Origin: a virus
Lineage: Duplodnaviria > Caudoviricetes
Reading direction: 5' to 3' (one strand)
DNA length: 50,212 bases
IMG/VR virus record: IMGVR_UViG_3300037048_000045
Span: 1-50,212 of that record
Part shown: one piece after another, positions 10,301 to 20,148 of the stretch
Numbering within the stretch: the stretch's first letter is position 1
Layout: each line of letters begins with the position of its first letter
Notes under the pieces: model-generated
The model's input: only the letters and a program-made list of their open reading frames with translations
Told to the model about the DNA's origin: nothing
Databases searched by the model: none
Translations under genes and position numbers: made by a program

Positions 10301-13300
10301 TCCTAAACGATATTTACTCATTAAAAACAGGCGGTCAAGGGGCTGTCTATATGGCGGCTAAATACACACAAGAAGCCGTTAAGGACGTTAAAAAAACCGG
10401 GGAGAAGTTAGTTCGACACCTCACAGAGGAATACGGAAGAAAACACAACGTGGATATGGATGCGGTTTTAAATCCTAACGTATCCGGTTGGACTCCACAG
10501 GGAATCGAATCCTTCAAGCATGGCATAGTAGAAAAGGCGAAGAAAATCAGCGATGCTGTATCATCATACTTCGAGGCTGCGCCCATTACCAAAGAGACCT
10601 CGCCGCTGTCCCAGGGCGTTGCTGCTGCCGTGGGGAAAGCTCCGGCGAAACCCAAGCCTGTTGCAACCCAGGCGGAAGAGGCCGCAGCAAAAGAAAAACC
10701 GTTACGCGTCGGCGATAGTCAGAAAATAGTAAACACAGATGCCGTTGTCGCTGATACGAAAACGATAGATGGTGTTAGATATGAACTCTATAATGCGAAC
10801 AGCCTCAAGGATCAACGTGGATTCATCAGAGTATTTGATGACGAATCCGCAGAGGTTGTCAGTATAAAGGAATACCCGACGTACAGTGCAGCCGAAAAGG
10901 CCTATCAAGATGCGATAAAAGCAGAAACGACCCCGGAAACGGAACCCGGCCTGGCCCCCGGTAAAGAGCCCGGGCCGAAGACCGGCGATGTGCTCACAGA
11001 TGATGAGTTTGATGCCCTGGCAGGCGACGTCCTGGATGAAATGGAAAAACCGGCGGAGACGAAGACCGCACCGGAACCGCCACAAAAGCCCGCCACGTCC
11101 CAGGGTGTGACCGCGGCTGTGGGAAAGGCACCGGCGAAACCCGAGCCTGTTGCAGCCCCGGCGGAAAAGTCCGGCATTGAGCCCGCTGTCCTGGAAGCCA
11201 AGCAGCCGTGGGAGATGACGAGAGCTGTATTTGATTTAGAACGAACAAGAATGGTAGAAAATGGCATAAAACTTCCATCAGAGGCGGCAGGGGTTGACTA
11301 TCACAAGGGGTTGGTAGAAAAAGCATTACAAGAAGGAAAGCCCGTCCCAGCCGAAGTCCTGAAGGATTACCCTGACTTGCAATCTGCCCCGGCCGAGGCA
11401 AAAGCAAAACAACCCTGGGAGATGACGAGAGAAGAAGTCTATAAAAATATATCCAAATCGAAGACAGCGAGTGATGCCATAGACTTTAATGGCGAAAGAG
11501 TAAAAATACCGGGAATGAATATCGGTAAGGATGCTTTTACCGTTAAAGAGATTGCCGATGAATTTCATAAAAGAAGTGTTAAGCAAGCCCTTTCTGAAGG
11601 CCGTCCCGTCCCAGCCGAAGTCCTGAAGGATTACCCTGACTTGCAATCTGCGCCGGCCGAGGCAAAGGCAAAACAACCCTGGGAGGTGCCGCGGGCGGAG
11701 TTTGGAACAGTAACGACCTTCCCAACGGGCGATCGTTTTAATATCACCGGCGAAGCGCAGCGGATCAGGATCGCGGAAGAAGGCCAAAGCCAATATTTTA
11801 CCTCCCCCCAAAAAGCTAAAGAATGGATTGATAAACGACACAAGCGTGAGGTTCAGCAAGCCCTTTCCGAGGGCAAAACAGTTCCCGAAGATGTATTGCA
11901 GGATTATCCGGATCTGGCCAAAAAGGAAAATGAACCCGGCAAGGTTCATAAATTCAGTTCGACACAACTGAACCTTCCGGATCCTGATGCAACGGCGGTG
12001 CGAGACTTCGCGGCAAAAATCCCGGACAATGAAGTTTATACCGACCCGGACGATCCTTCCTATGGCCGGGAAGAAAATCCGCATGTTACCGTTAAATATG
12101 GTCTTCATACCGCAAATTCTAAAAGTGTGGCGGATGTCACATCCAAAGCCAAACCTCTTACGGCCACGCTGGGTCCGATATCGATTTTTGAAGCCGATGA
12201 CTATGATGTTGTCAAGATCGATGTCACAGGTGAAGACCTGGCGAAATTGAACAAAGAGCTGTCGGATAGGCTGGTACACACGGATACGCACAAAGGATAC
12301 AAGCCGCACATCACCATTGCCTACGTCAAGAAAGGCGAAGGGGGGAAGTATGTGGGCGATAAGACCTTTGAAGGAAAAACAATAGCCTTTGATGAGGTTA
12401 TGTTCAGCGGCAAAGACGGAGAAGAGGCTTTCTTGCCATTACAGTCCGCACCAAACACCGAGGACGCCGGGGCGGAGCTTACCTACAATAAGCGCAACCG
12501 GATCAAGACCGGGATCAAGTGGGCAGACATTGCCGACAAGAACCCTGCCCTGAAAGTCAAGGAAACGACTAAGCAAAACGTCTATCCCCGGCCGGATTAT
12601 CAACAGATGATTGACGGCGGAATGCAGCCGCTGGTGGCGCATCTGGTCAAGCAGGTTTATGATGCGCTCCCTTCCAGGCCTGCGACTTCAACCGCAACCC
12701 ACGCTACCACGGATGCCGGTCTGCAAAAGTATATCGATGCCGTCAATCGCGTTATGGACGGGACGATTGAATGGGCGAATAATAACGAATCCGTGGCGCG
12801 ATGGGCGGAAAAGCAGGCCGGCGTCGCCGGGGCGGCTCTCGGCAAGCCGACATCCTTGATGGACATGGCGCAATCCGGAAAGGGTTTGCTTGATACCGTT
12901 TATCCCGGCGGATGGAAGAACTACCAGGCAGAGGTTCATGTTCTTGGCGGGAATAAGGCATTAAGGGCTCTTCAGCCTGGTTACGATCAAGGCATCCGGG
13001 CGGCAAAGGCGCTCAAGGAAAATTGGCCCGCGTCGCAGGAATCATGGCAGAAGCAGGGATATAAAATTACGGAATCCGGCAAGGCGATCACCATTCAGAA
13101 GGTAACAGAGACCGCCCCCGGCGGCAGTGTCATGACCGGGGAAGGTGTTTCGGAGAAATACCGCCTGGTCGTCAATAATGCCCGGTGGGTTGATGAGACG
13201 TTTGACACCAGGGCGGAGGCGGAGACGGCCATTAAGGAGTACAAACCGTGGCTCCTGCTAAAAGGATCCGGGCGCATTGAGGGCCAGTTCGACACCGAGG

Positions 13301-16300
13301 CCGAAGCGACCGACGCAGCGCGGGAAGCCGTCAAAAAAGAATCGAAAGACCAGATCAGCGACAAGGGCACATCCGTTGAGATGGCGGAGCGTGTCGGCGA
13401 GGCGCGACGGCTGGAAGGCGAAGACATCACCAGCGACCGCCTGCAGGCGGCCTTCGGCTTCAAGGGCGTCAATTTTGGCAACTGGTTAAAAGGCAAGACA
13501 AATCAAGCAGAAAGACAACTCCACCTGAACCATGCCTATGATTCCTTCATGGACCTGGCTGAAACACTTGGGGTGCCGCCGCAGGCCATGTCGCTCAATG
13601 GAATGCTCGGACTTGCCATCGGCGCTCAGGGCACCGGCGCCTATGCGGCCCACTTTGTCCCCGGCGTCAATGAGATCAACCTAACCCGGACATCCGGCGC
13701 AGGATCGCTGGCCCATGAATTCGGCCATGCGGTAGATCACTACTTTGCGACCCAGGCGGGTCTCGCGGCCAATACGGAACCTTTTTTGACTGAGCATGCC
13801 GGGCATGCCGGCGGCCGTGGTCTCAAGTTGACCGGCTCAGTCCAAAAGGTTAAAGAGATCGCGGGTGTCCGGCCGGAAATAGCATCTCATTTTAGCACCA
13901 TCGTAAATGCGATGAACCGGAAACAGGCGAGCCCGGAAGAGATCGCGGCCAGACGGCAGACATCAAAAGACAAGGCAGCAAAGAATGTCGCGGGCTGGTT
14001 GAAAGCCATTGCGGTTGACTTCCGCGCTCCGAAGAACGCCGACACAGCCGGTGAAGAATTCGACCGGCTGGCAACCCGGATCAATGCCCTCGATCTCGGC
14101 GAGGGTATGGTCAGCATCGGCGGATCAACCTACGTTTCCCCGGTCGTTGCTGAACTCCGCGACCTCTACAAAAAACAGAATGGCCGCGTCTATTCCCTGG
14201 AGAACATCAAGGCGCTTCAGGCAAATATCGACCACCTGGTCTATCTCAATTCCGAAAAGGCGGCAGCGCAGGATCACACACCACAGGGAACGACGACCGA
14301 CTATGCCGCCGCCGCTGCGAAACTCGACAAAGGGAAGGGCGGGAAGAAATACTGGAGCACGAATGTCGAGAAATTCGCCCGGGCTTTTGATGCGTATGTC
14401 AGCGATATGCTTGACGAACGGGCCGCGAAGAATTCTTATCTGTCTCACGCCGGAAGATCCGGCGACACGGTCCCGCAAGGAGAGGAACGCGCCGCGATCA
14501 ACAAGGCTTTTTCCGCGCTTGTCCAGGAAATCAAGACCCGGGAGACCGACAAGGGCGTGGAGATGTATTCTGCCGCACGCGACGATGCCCCGAAAATGCC
14601 GACCCTTGCCGATGTTCAGGCCATCTTTAAAGGTCAGGAGGTTATCCAGCCGGGAGGTGTGAATGCCCCTATCTACGTCAAGACTCGGGGTGGCCAGTAT
14701 CTCACGGTGGAAACCGTGACTGAAATATCACCGGATGAGGTTAATTTTGAGTATGCCTATGCCGAGAAATTCGACCCGGAGACCATGACGATCACCGGGG
14801 CGTACGGGGATGGTGTTGCCCGATTAGTGCGTGGCATCGCTGGCAAGTGGACGTTGGCCCACGAATCTATTCATTTTATGGAAGATTCCGGCATCCTCGA
14901 TAGCGCAGATATCGCCACCCTGCAGGGCCACATTCAGGGCCTTGTCCGGGACGGCAAGATCGAAACCGCAAACAAGAAGGATATCGGCGGCTCCGAAGAT
15001 CGCGCCAATTTCCTGGCCGACGCCTTGACAAAAGAAAAACCCGTTTCGGGTCTCGTCGAAAAAGTCGTCGCCCGTGTGCGGGAATTCCTCGACAAACTGA
15101 TGGATGCATTCGGGATTCGAACGGCTGGAAGTGTGACAAGGGCTCTAGAGTCCGGCCGGATATTCGAGAGGGAAGGGCAGCCGGACAAAGGCGGCGCGCG
15201 CGAGCGGCCAAACGTCCGGCGCGGAATCCCGGGAACGCGGCAGTATGCGGTCAACCGCGTGAATCAGCCTGCCGCAGCTTCGCAGACGCCCGCTGAAGGC
15301 ATCGGCAAGAAAGCGGAGGCGGTTTTGGCGGCTCGCGTGATCGAGCCTGCGGGTCGCCAGATCAATCGCGGTCTGGCCATGCTGGGGGGGCGGCTGGCCC
15401 CGGAGACTAAAGACGCCCTGGGCGTCCTGGCCAAACACTGGAAGGAGTTCTGGAAGCCTGCGGCCACGTTGCCGCATGGTGAAAAATGGATCGCCGAACG
15501 GGCGCGCGGCATGGGCGAGGTTGCCAAGGCTATGCGGTTCATCGAACAGCTTCAGAGAAAACTCGACGGATTGTCGGATGATCTCAAAAAAACCATGTTT
15601 CAGGTCCTGGACGGGCAGATCCCTGTCGAGACATTGCCCGAATCGTTCACGACGGAGACGAAGGTGAAAGGCCAAATCGTTCGGGATGAGATCAACCCGC
15701 AGGAACTGGCCCGGATGATCCGCCGCCGATCAGACATCATCGGGGAGATGATGGTGGAACGCGGGATTCTTGACGAGGCGCAGTTCAAAAAGTGGGAAGG
15801 AAAATACATCCACTATGCCTACGCTTATTATGTTCTCGGTCCGGACGCCTCCATCGCTGTTTCCAATAACGGCAAGCTGGATCTGGCGGAAACCCTGCGC
15901 CGCAATCCCGATATGACGATGGAACAGCGCAAGACGCTGGGCCTGATCGAGGACGCCGCCATCGCCGTTCCGATGGGGATGGGAAAATCGCTTACCGATA
16001 TCGCCAAGTGGGATTATCTGCTCAAAATCGCAGAGAATCCGGAATGGGTCTGGCAACCCGGGATCATAAAGGTTCCAGTTGGCCCCCCGCTCGCAAAAGC
16101 CGTTCGCGGCAGGACGCGGCGCGTGGTGAAGATGACCATCGGCAAGCTGGTGGACGAGGTTAAGAAGTACAAGGAAATGGCCAGGGTGCAGCCGTCGCCG
16201 GAGGTGGAGGAGCATTATAACATCCTCCAGGCGGCGCTTGACAAGGCGGAAGCGGCCTCTCAAAACCGCCCGTCGGATTTTGTCGAGCTCAAGGGAAAGC

Positions 16301-18117
16301 ATTATGGCCCGCTGGACGGCGCGTTTGTTCGACAGACCATCTATGACGATCTCGCACCCGTCATGGGGCAGCTCAACGCGAGCATGGGCAAGGCCATGCG
16401 GACGTTCCTGGAAGTGGAAGCCCTTGCAGTGTCCACTTTCAAGATGGGAAAGGTTGCACTGAACTTCCCGACGGCATTTCGAAACATGATCTCCAATGTA
16501 ATCCAGATCAATTTGAGTGGCCGTCCGCTTGCCTATATCCCCGGTGATATCGTGAAGGCGTGCGAGGCGATGCTGGCCCACAAGAAAGTTCAGGAAATGT
16601 CGCGGAATCAACCCGGCGTGGCAATTCCGGACGATCTGCGCATCCTCAATCAGTATTACGAAGAGGCCTTCGGGATGGGGATCTTCCACACCAGTTGGGC
16701 GGCAACGGAGATCAACGCCGTCCTGGACGAATTCCGGAAGGCCAAAGGCGGCCGGATTGACAAGATCTTCATCGGCGTGAAAAGACTGGCGAAGCTCTAC
16801 GGAAAAATTGACGATATCAGCAAGTTCACGCTGTTTTTACAGCAGAGAAAAGAAGGGGCGACCGTTGACGCGGCTGCGGTGCATGCCCTTAAATGGGGGA
16901 TGGATTATTCTCTCGCTTCCCGGTCTGTGAAGGCCGCAAGGCGGCACCTGATCCCATTCGGAACCTACACTTACAAGATAGCCCCATTGATTGCCGAATC
17001 GCTTGCCAAGCGGCCCTGGGTGTTGGCCAAATTCGCCTTGATCCTTCCGTTGGCCTTAAAGTCCCTGGCAAAAAGCTTACATGACCTCGATGACGACGAC
17101 GTGGAGGATATGGAGAAGCAATTGCCGGCGTATATCAAAAAATCAGGCTCCGTGATGCTTTTGCCATGGAAATCAGACAAAGGCCAGTGGCAATGGATTA
17201 ACGCCCAGTACTTCCTGCCCTGGGCCAATATGTTCGAGATTTTTCGTGATATGGCGGAGATGGACATCGGCGAACTGACGCGCGATATCGGCATTACCCA
17301 TCCGCTTCTGGACCTGATGACCACATTCCGCGCCGCCCGGGATGGCACCCCGCCGACACACCCGTTCTTTGGCAACCCGATATACAACCAGCTTGACCCG
17401 GCGTGGCTCAAGGTTTCCAAGATGGTGGAACATGTAGCATTTACCTTTCTGCCCTCGATGCTGTCTCCAAGCAAAGGGGCGCTCGGCACCACCTGGGACG
17501 CCGCCTTCGGCAAAGAAGACCGTTGGGGCCGCGAGGTCACACCCGGGCAGGCCGCAGGCAAATGGCTGGGCCTCAATATCATCGCCGTCTCTCCGGAGCA
17601 GTCCGCAGCGATGTTTGGCGTCAAGATACAGGATATGAAAAAGGAACTGGGCCGGATCGACGCGGACCCCTCCATCTCGGAAGAACGCAAAAAGGATTAT
17701 CATGCGCGGCTGCAGGAGAAGATTGCCGAGGTTGCGGAGCAGAGCCCCGAGGCGATCCTGCCGATCCGTAAACAGAAAGGCGACGACCCGGTTTATAATG
17801 CCCTGATCGAGATGGTAAAAAAAGGTACGCTGAAGACCGGCCCGCCCGGGCGTTCCATCGAGATCGCCGGAACGCCGTTCAAGATGACGCTGGCTCAGTA
17901 CCGGGAATATCTTGATAAATCTAGCGAAATCGCCCACCGCAAACTGCGCGCCCTGGTTGAGTCTCCGGCCTGGGAGCAGATGACCGACAAACGCCAATCG
18001 GAAGTCGTCTCCGGCGTCATGGAAAACGCCCGCAAGGGCGTTCGGCAGCGGATCAAGGCAGACATGGCCCGGGCAAACCGGGAGAAGCCGGCGGAAAAAA
18101 CCGCAGCAGGAGGATAA
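7312..18117 (+). CDS. Giant polyvalent protein (3601 aa), likely virion-injected; 2H phosphoesterase, LPD1-like and zincin HExxH regions
   Basis: HVT (12082) and HIT (12307) motifs; GVNFGNW...INLTR...LAHEFGH (13714)...YWS..EKFARAFDAY...PQGEER; second HESIH (14860). Confidence 0.8.
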   Translation: MSGTDLNRFDVVRKTLSAPESLKNKTTGGIPVGRDDLNRFDDIRQSLSPPEEEKPFIAPRGPIDETFSALGAGFAQTGEAIGGTMEMLGLPGGKKIREEWSAIGELPSLQRPTYLQQDDEIRGSDWRWWVRNLGENIPNFVMMYGVGGGVGTAAKVAGLGLKAISRASLAGGFGGSFTLEAGSQYSQAKTEMMEAGFDPDQIESVATMEGLVSGTANAIIEMLPMGNVFGRQPVAKRMLKRILQQGALEGGTEVAQEAVNVWSEKMGHKPDQQWSDQVNRMLTAGIVGGVMGGAVAGPMGSSVHKDQLTRYNSLADQIGVKDEVFARKEAGASDQEIADYLDTRINEFRTKLAETPPGADAITGGTEVKDIAQKQTLPEVDAKEMTGYLLYGDGKYTPEAGIIKQTTTRAKKGVLGMFGMKEKVGPDPGTETAPVEMKKPEAGSLPPGPTAGKDLALEEAQEKARARDNAFEKRKKAESLFDNIIGELTAEDQQRLEETRQRELLQKEQEEQQAVVEQEAQASAALDQAAAENVAAVKDVAGDHPQKQAIAMQVMGLSDRVLLSTVQKELGLNVQPAGQDRYEIVTAGGAQATTIPALRKLLSEKYVADYDADQVAQVEAEKKRQADFETARRREESTRSEREKKTADWALSNARETLRMRRVLSPQQHAALVAARDQLTPQEIAILDAEPTIAKSAPPPSLLALGVRGKPTPETREETQAPERTGEQPSTRTARVEAQGDLSGEIAPSLPEEQADENQIRTIVLDELAAQLKDTGPAGWVENEEGGQRIAAGGWISRVVKTMGRQATTPIRDENGKPVTLNLSKSYIANVIDKARTGKPLTEQQQAVFDEVLSEAKDVEAYAVKLASDEAEALAASFDPDEFTAEPEARPEAKQEAVPAPANLESKQPWEMTRAELATENAKLKGETSESLQAQIDSKVDALQKSGMDFMKASKHPEVAELYRKRDIIDNNQLMEAREEIKSRVKKSAPDADVDYILNDIYSLKTGGQGAVYMAAKYTQEAVKDVKKTGEKLVRHLTEEYGRKHNVDMDAVLNPNVSGWTPQGIESFKHGIVEKAKKISDAVSSYFEAAPITKETSPLSQGVAAAVGKAPAKPKPVATQAEEAAAKEKPLRVGDSQKIVNTDAVVADTKTIDGVRYELYNANSLKDQRGFIRVFDDESAEVVSIKEYPTYSAAEKAYQDAIKAETTPETEPGLAPGKEPGPKTGDVLTDDEFDALAGDVLDEMEKPAETKTAPEPPQKPATSQGVTAAVGKAPAKPEPVAAPAEKSGIEPAVLEAKQPWEMTRAVFDLERTRMVENGIKLPSEAAGVDYHKGLVEKALQEGKPVPAEVLKDYPDLQSAPAEAKAKQPWEMTREEVYKNISKSKTASDAIDFNGERVKIPGMNIGKDAFTVKEIADEFHKRSVKQALSEGRPVPAEVLKDYPDLQSAPAEAKAKQPWEVPRAEFGTVTTFPTGDRFNITGEAQRIRIAEEGQSQYFTSPQKAKEWIDKRHKREVQQALSEGKTVPEDVLQDYPDLAKKENEPGKVHKFSSTQLNLPDPDATAVRDFAAKIPDNEVYTDPDDPSYGREENPHVTVKYGLHTANSKSVADVTSKAKPLTATLGPISIFEADDYDVVKIDVTGEDLAKLNKELSDRLVHTDTHKGYKPHITIAYVKKGEGGKYVGDKTFEGKTIAFDEVMFSGKDGEEAFLPLQSAPNTEDAGAELTYNKRNRIKTGIKWADIADKNPALKVKETTKQNVYPRPDYQQMIDGGMQPLVAHLVKQVYDALPSRPATSTATHATTDAGLQKYIDAVNRVMDGTIEWANNNESVARWAEKQAGVAGAALGKPTSLMDMAQSGKGLLDTVYPGGWKNYQAEVHVLGGNKALRALQPGYDQGIRAAKALKENWPASQESWQKQGYKITESGKAITIQKVTETAPGGSVMTGEGVSEKYRLVVNNARWVDETFDTRAEAETAIKEYKPWLLLKGSGRIEGQFDTEAEATDAAREAVKKESKDQISDKGTSVEMAERVGEARRLEGEDITSDRLQAAFGFKGVNFGNWLKGKTNQAERQLHLNHAYDSFMDLAETLGVPPQAMSLNGMLGLAIGAQGTGAYAAHFVPGVNEINLTRTSGAGSLAHEFGHAVDHYFATQAGLAANTEPFLTEHAGHAGGRGLKLTGSVQKVKEIAGVRPEIASHFSTIVNAMNRKQASPEEIAARRQTSKDKAAKNVAGWLKAIAVDFRAPKNADTAGEEFDRLATRINALDLGEGMVSIGGSTYVSPVVAELRDLYKKQNGRVYSLENIKALQANIDHLVYLNSEKAAAQDHTPQGTTTDYAAAAAKLDKGKGGKKYWSTNVEKFARAFDAYVSDMLDERAAKNSYLSHAGRSGDTVPQGEERAAINKAFSALVQEIKTRETDKGVEMYSAARDDAPKMPTLADVQAIFKGQEVIQPGGVNAPIYVKTRGGQYLTVETVTEISPDEVNFEYAYAEKFDPETMTITGAYGDGVARLVRGIAGKWTLAHESIHFMEDSGILDSADIATLQGHIQGLVRDGKIETANKKDIGGSEDRANFLADALTKEKPVSGLVEKVVARVREFLDKLMDAFGIRTAGSVTRALESGRIFEREGQPDKGGARERPNVRRGIPGTRQYAVNRVNQPAAASQTPAEGIGKKAEAVLAARVIEPAGRQINRGLAMLGGRLAPETKDALGVLAKHWKEFWKPAATLPHGEKWIAERARGMGEVAKAMRFIEQLQRKLDGLSDDLKKTMFQVLDGQIPVETLPESFTTETKVKGQIVRDEINPQELARMIRRRSDIIGEMMVERGILDEAQFKKWEGKYIHYAYAYYVLGPDASIAVSNNGKLDLAETLRRNPDMTMEQRKTLGLIEDAAIAVPMGMGKSLTDIAKWDYLLKIAENPEWVWQPGIIKVPVGPPLAKAVRGRTRRVVKMTIGKLVDEVKKYKEMARVQPSPEVEEHYNILQAALDKAEAASQNRPSDFVELKGKHYGPLDGAFVRQTIYDDLAPVMGQLNASMGKAMRTFLEVEALAVSTFKMGKVALNFPTAFRNMISNVIQINLSGRPLAYIPGDIVKACEAMLAHKKVQEMSRNQPGVAIPDDLRILNQYYEEAFGMGIFHTSWAATEINAVLDEFRKAKGGRIDKIFIGVKRLAKLYGKIDDISKFTLFLQQRKEGATVDAAAVHALKWGMDYSLASRSVKAARRHLIPFGTYTYKIAPLIAESLAKRPWVLAKFALILPLALKSLAKSLHDLDDDDVEDMEKQLPAYIKKSGSVMLLPWKSDKGQWQWINAQYFLPWANMFEIFRDMAEMDIGELTRDIGITHPLLDLMTTFRAARDGTPPTHPFFGNPIYNQLDPAWLKVSKMVEHVAFTFLPSMLSPSKGALGTTWDAAFGKEDRWGREVTPGQAAGKWLGLNIIAVSPEQSAAMFGVKIQDMKKELGRIDADPSISEERKKDYHARLQEKIAEVAEQSPEAILPIRKQKGDDPVYNALIEMVKKGTLKTGPPGRSIEIAGTPFKMTLAQYREYLDKSSEIAHRKLRALVESPAWEQMTDKRQSEVVSGVMENARKGVRQRIKADMARANREKPAEKTAAGG

Positions 18118-18120
18118 ATC

Positions 18121-18525
18121 ATGCCGACAGTAGAACTTTTTGGCCGGGAATACACAATTCCCTTTGACCCCGAAGTGATCGCGGGTCTTCAGTACAAAGG
18201 TCTCAATGTCTTTCCCGATCAAGGAATCGATCAGGATCAGATCAACGCGGAAGCGCTCGCAATCAAGCCGCATCTCGATAAACTCTGGCAGGATCAGAAA
18301 CTGCGGACGGTGCCGGGCGGCATGGAGACGCCTCCGGGGCGCATCGAGAACCCGCCCGTAAAAGAACAATTTGAGACGGGAATGAGTTTTGCGATGCCGC
18401 AATTTCAAGGCCCGGCAAAGAAATTCACGGCGATGAAAACCATGCCGACGCCCAAAACATCATTCCATCTACGTGATATCGCAGAGGATCAAATCAAACG
18501 CCGCGCCCTTTTGACCGACATATAA
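18121..18525 (+). CDS. Hypothetical protein
   Basis: AGGAGG RBS, directly follows giant ORF. Confidence 0.6.
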   Translation: MPTVELFGREYTIPFDPEVIAGLQYKGLNVFPDQGIDQDQINAEALAIKPHLDKLWQDQKLRTVPGGMETPPGRIENPPVKEQFETGMSFAMPQFQGPAKKFTAMKTMPTPKTSFHLRDIAEDQIKRRALLTDI

Positions 18526-18664
18526 CGATTTTTCCATGTTCAACAATGTAAACATAAATTTCCCGTTGACAATTCCCGGATTCGGCTTATCATGGGGGCC
18601 ATCCGAACACGTAACGACCATAAACCATTCAACAATATAACGATATTTCACCGGCGCGGCATTG

Positions 18665-18803
18665 GGACGTTTGTAAACGATTTTTGGACATAACCATGCC
18701 AACCCATTCATGTTCTTATACTTTATCTGGTGCGGACGCGATGGGTGGGAAGGTGAATACCGGCTAAGGTAGTTGTCGTCAAAAACGTTCACAAACGCCT
18801 ATA
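18665..18803. repeat. Copy A of a ~140-bp element repeated in inverted orientation at 42630-42768
   Basis: 18709-18748 is the exact reverse complement of 42684-42723 (40 bp); flanks also align; element ends are imperfect inverted repeats. Confidence 0.92.
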
Positions 18804-18840
18804 CTCAATAATATGTGATACATAGAAAAAGGAGGGAACC

Positions 18841-19191
18841 ATGAAAAGGATGATGATTATGGCGTTGTTTTTTTGTATGGTCTTTCTTGCTGCGGGTAGT
18901 TATGCGGAAGATTGGCAAAAAGATGGATTTGGGGGATTCCGTTCCGATAAAGGCCGGTCTCTCAGCCCCGATGGTATGGGCGGATTTCGCAGTGAAAGAG
19001 GCAATACCATTTCCCCCGATGGTTTGGGCGGGTGGCGCAAATCCGACGGGAGTTCGTCATCCCCAGATGGCTTTGGCGGTTTTCGACATAATGATGGCTC
19101 ATCCACAAGTCCCGATGGCTTTGGGGGATATCGGCATTCCGGCGGTACAAGTTGCCAACCTGATGGATTGGGTGGATTCAGATGCAGATAA
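18841..19191 (+). CDS. Secreted repeat protein (moron), six ~16-aa DG(F/M/L)GG(F/W/Y)R repeats
   Basis: AGGAGG RBS, signal-peptide-like N-terminus ending SYA, repeats visible in translation. Confidence 0.8.
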   Translation: MKRMMIMALFFCMVFLAAGSYAEDWQKDGFGGFRSDKGRSLSPDGMGGFRSERGNTISPDGLGGWRKSDGSSSSPDGFGGFRHNDGSSTSPDGFGGYRHSGGTSCQPDGLGGFRCR

Positions 19192-19907
19192 AAATACTCC
19201 ATGCCTTAATCATCGTAATCTCGCTGATTTCTGCCGTATCCGTTGCCTCCGGTGACGAAATGTTTCGGATAAGATTAGAGATAAGTTGCTCTCAAGAGAT
19301 GGTGCGCGCCGAAACCATCAGCGGCATGAACGGCGAGTTTCAACGCCTTGGGGATGTTGTTGTTGTTAACGACGGCGACGTTGATTGGGTCGTGCGGATT
19401 GTGGCTGATGAAACGGTAAATGTGCAAGGCCGCGTAACGGGCGTTGCCTATTCGACCGCCATATTACGCCCGTTAAATAAGAATTTGTTGAATTTTTATC
19501 TATCAAACCTTTCAGTCAAAGAAGATATAAAGAAAAAAGAGAAACAAAACACGCAGCCGACGACCGTTTCAAAAAATAAGTTGACCAAAGAACAACAGGC
19601 ATTCGCTGCAAAAATCGCCCAGGATCGAAAGATGCTCGACAAATGGAATGAAGATAACAGGGACGCCATAGAAATTATTCGCGAACATCTCGGCCCAAAG
19701 TCACAGATCGCCGCCATGACCCGCAATCACTTCCAGATCGACAACCTTCGCCTGGACACCGGATCAAGGGAGGACATCCAATCAATATGCAGGGCTATCG
19801 TCGCAAGCATCGATGTCAACCAACTTGAAGGACAACGCAAACAGAGAGCAGCGCCCTGGCCATCATCAAACGATTTACTGACAATACCCCCGGGGAAAAA
19901 GAAATAA
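19182..19907 (+). CDS. Exported hypothetical protein (moron)
   Basis: Hydrophobic signal-like N-terminus; overlaps previous gene. Confidence 0.65.
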   Translation: MQIKILHALIIVISLISAVSVASGDEMFRIRLEISCSQEMVRAETISGMNGEFQRLGDVVVVNDGDVDWVVRIVADETVNVQGRVTGVAYSTAILRPLNKNLLNFYLSNLSVKEDIKKKEKQNTQPTTVSKNKLTKEQQAFAAKIAQDRKMLDKWNEDNRDAIEIIREHLGPKSQIAAMTRNHFQIDNLRLDTGSREDIQSICRAIVASIDVNQLEGQRKQRAAPWPSSNDLLTIPPGKKK

Positions 19908-19925
19908 CCTGCATTAAAAAAACGC

Positions 19926-19953
19926 TTGACAAATCCGCTACGATCTGTAAACT
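19926..19953 (+). promoter_or_regulatory. Sigma70-like promoter for the c4-like RNA/rha unit
   Basis: TTGACA (19926) - 16 nt - TAAACT (19948). Confidence 0.6.
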
Positions 19954-20033
19954 GGGAACAACTCTCAGATTTCAAAAGGCGGATCATCGCCCCCGACAGC
20001 GGCTTTTTTTGTTTGTGGCGATAACAATTTTCT

Positions 20034-20105
20034 GCCGAGACTCCCCATGTCGCGAGGCATGGGGGCACTTTCCTTTTGAAGTGCTGAGAAGTCTCGGCTT
20101 TTTTT
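20034..20105 (+). ncRNA. C4/CI-like antisense RNA
   Basis: Closing stem GCCGAGACT/AGTCTCGGC, two internal hairpins, T-tract; CCTTTTGAA and CTGAGA segments are complementary to boxes at 19963-19979 and 20132-20140. Confidence 0.65.
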
Positions 20106-20148
20106 GTTGCCGGAAAGCGCAAACTCAAAAATCAAAAGGAGGCCTACC

